Shown here in pieces: positions 63,623 to 64,000 of a DNA stretch of 64,000 bases. The notes under the pieces are model-generated. The model did not search any database and was not told the origin of the DNA. It saw only the letters and a program-made list of their open reading frames with translations. Position numbers and translations under genes: made by a program. The stretch comes from Octopus sinensis. Lineage: Eukaryota. Numbering within the stretch: position 1 is the stretch's first letter; each line of letters begins with the position of its first letter. Where the stretch lies: contig NC_043002.1 in NCBI RefSeq assembly GCF_006345805.1, positions 93,868,001-93,932,000 of the forward strand, in the 5' to 3' direction.

Positions 63623-64000
63623 CATCATCATCATTGTTTAACGTCTGCTTTCCATGCTAGCATGGGTTGGACGATTTGACTGAGGACTGGCGAACCAGAT
63701 GGCTGCACCAGGCTCCAGTCTGATCTGGCAGAGTTTCTACAGCTGGATGCCCTTCCTAAACACAAACCACTCCGAGAGTGTAGTGGGTGCTTTTATGTTC
63801 CACCGGCATGAAGGCCAATCAGGCGGTACTGGCAACAGCCACTTGCACAGAAGCCAGTCCAGCAGCAGTGGCAACAACCTTGCCTGAATGTTTTTCATGT
63901 ACCACTGGCACAAGTGCCAGTAAGGCGACGCAGGTAACGATCACATTTGAATGGTGCTTTTTATGTTCCACCAGCATGGAAGCCACTTTGCTGCTCTGAG
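63623..64000 (-). mobile_element. Retroposon/SINE with (GAT)n tail (runs off window)
   Basis: Same family as 57080-57345. Confidence 0.75.

Overview
Eukaryotic, AT-rich, microsatellite- and transposon-dense genomic DNA, most likely an octopus (inferred from the repeat families and microsatellite load). Two convergent protein-coding genes were assembled by hand from splice signals. The first is a complete 3-exon, 172-aa PMP-22/EMP/claudin-superfamily gene (+; 8077-8296, 25544-25690, 27957-28108). The second is the last eight coding exons of the chaperonin subunit CCT6/TCP-1 zeta (-; 63489 down to 51267). The rest is transposon debris: several tRNA-derived SINE families, R4/Dong-like, Hero-like, Tx1-like and CR1-like LINE relics, mariner remnants, piggyBac-type MITEs, non-autonomous Helitrons, and a GGATC-ended MITE family with 8-bp TSDs. 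The best leads are: a minimal hammerhead-ribozyme fold in a short non-coding element (42705-42742, -); a MITE carrying TTAGGG repeats and a CCAAT+CRE module; three SINEs inserted serially into one target site; a Helitron 6 nt inside a CCT6 splice donor; templated rearrangements; an H/ACA-like RNA candidate in a CCT6 intron; and a sharp CpG-depletion domain over CCT6. Most ORFs in the supplied track are low-complexity artefacts.
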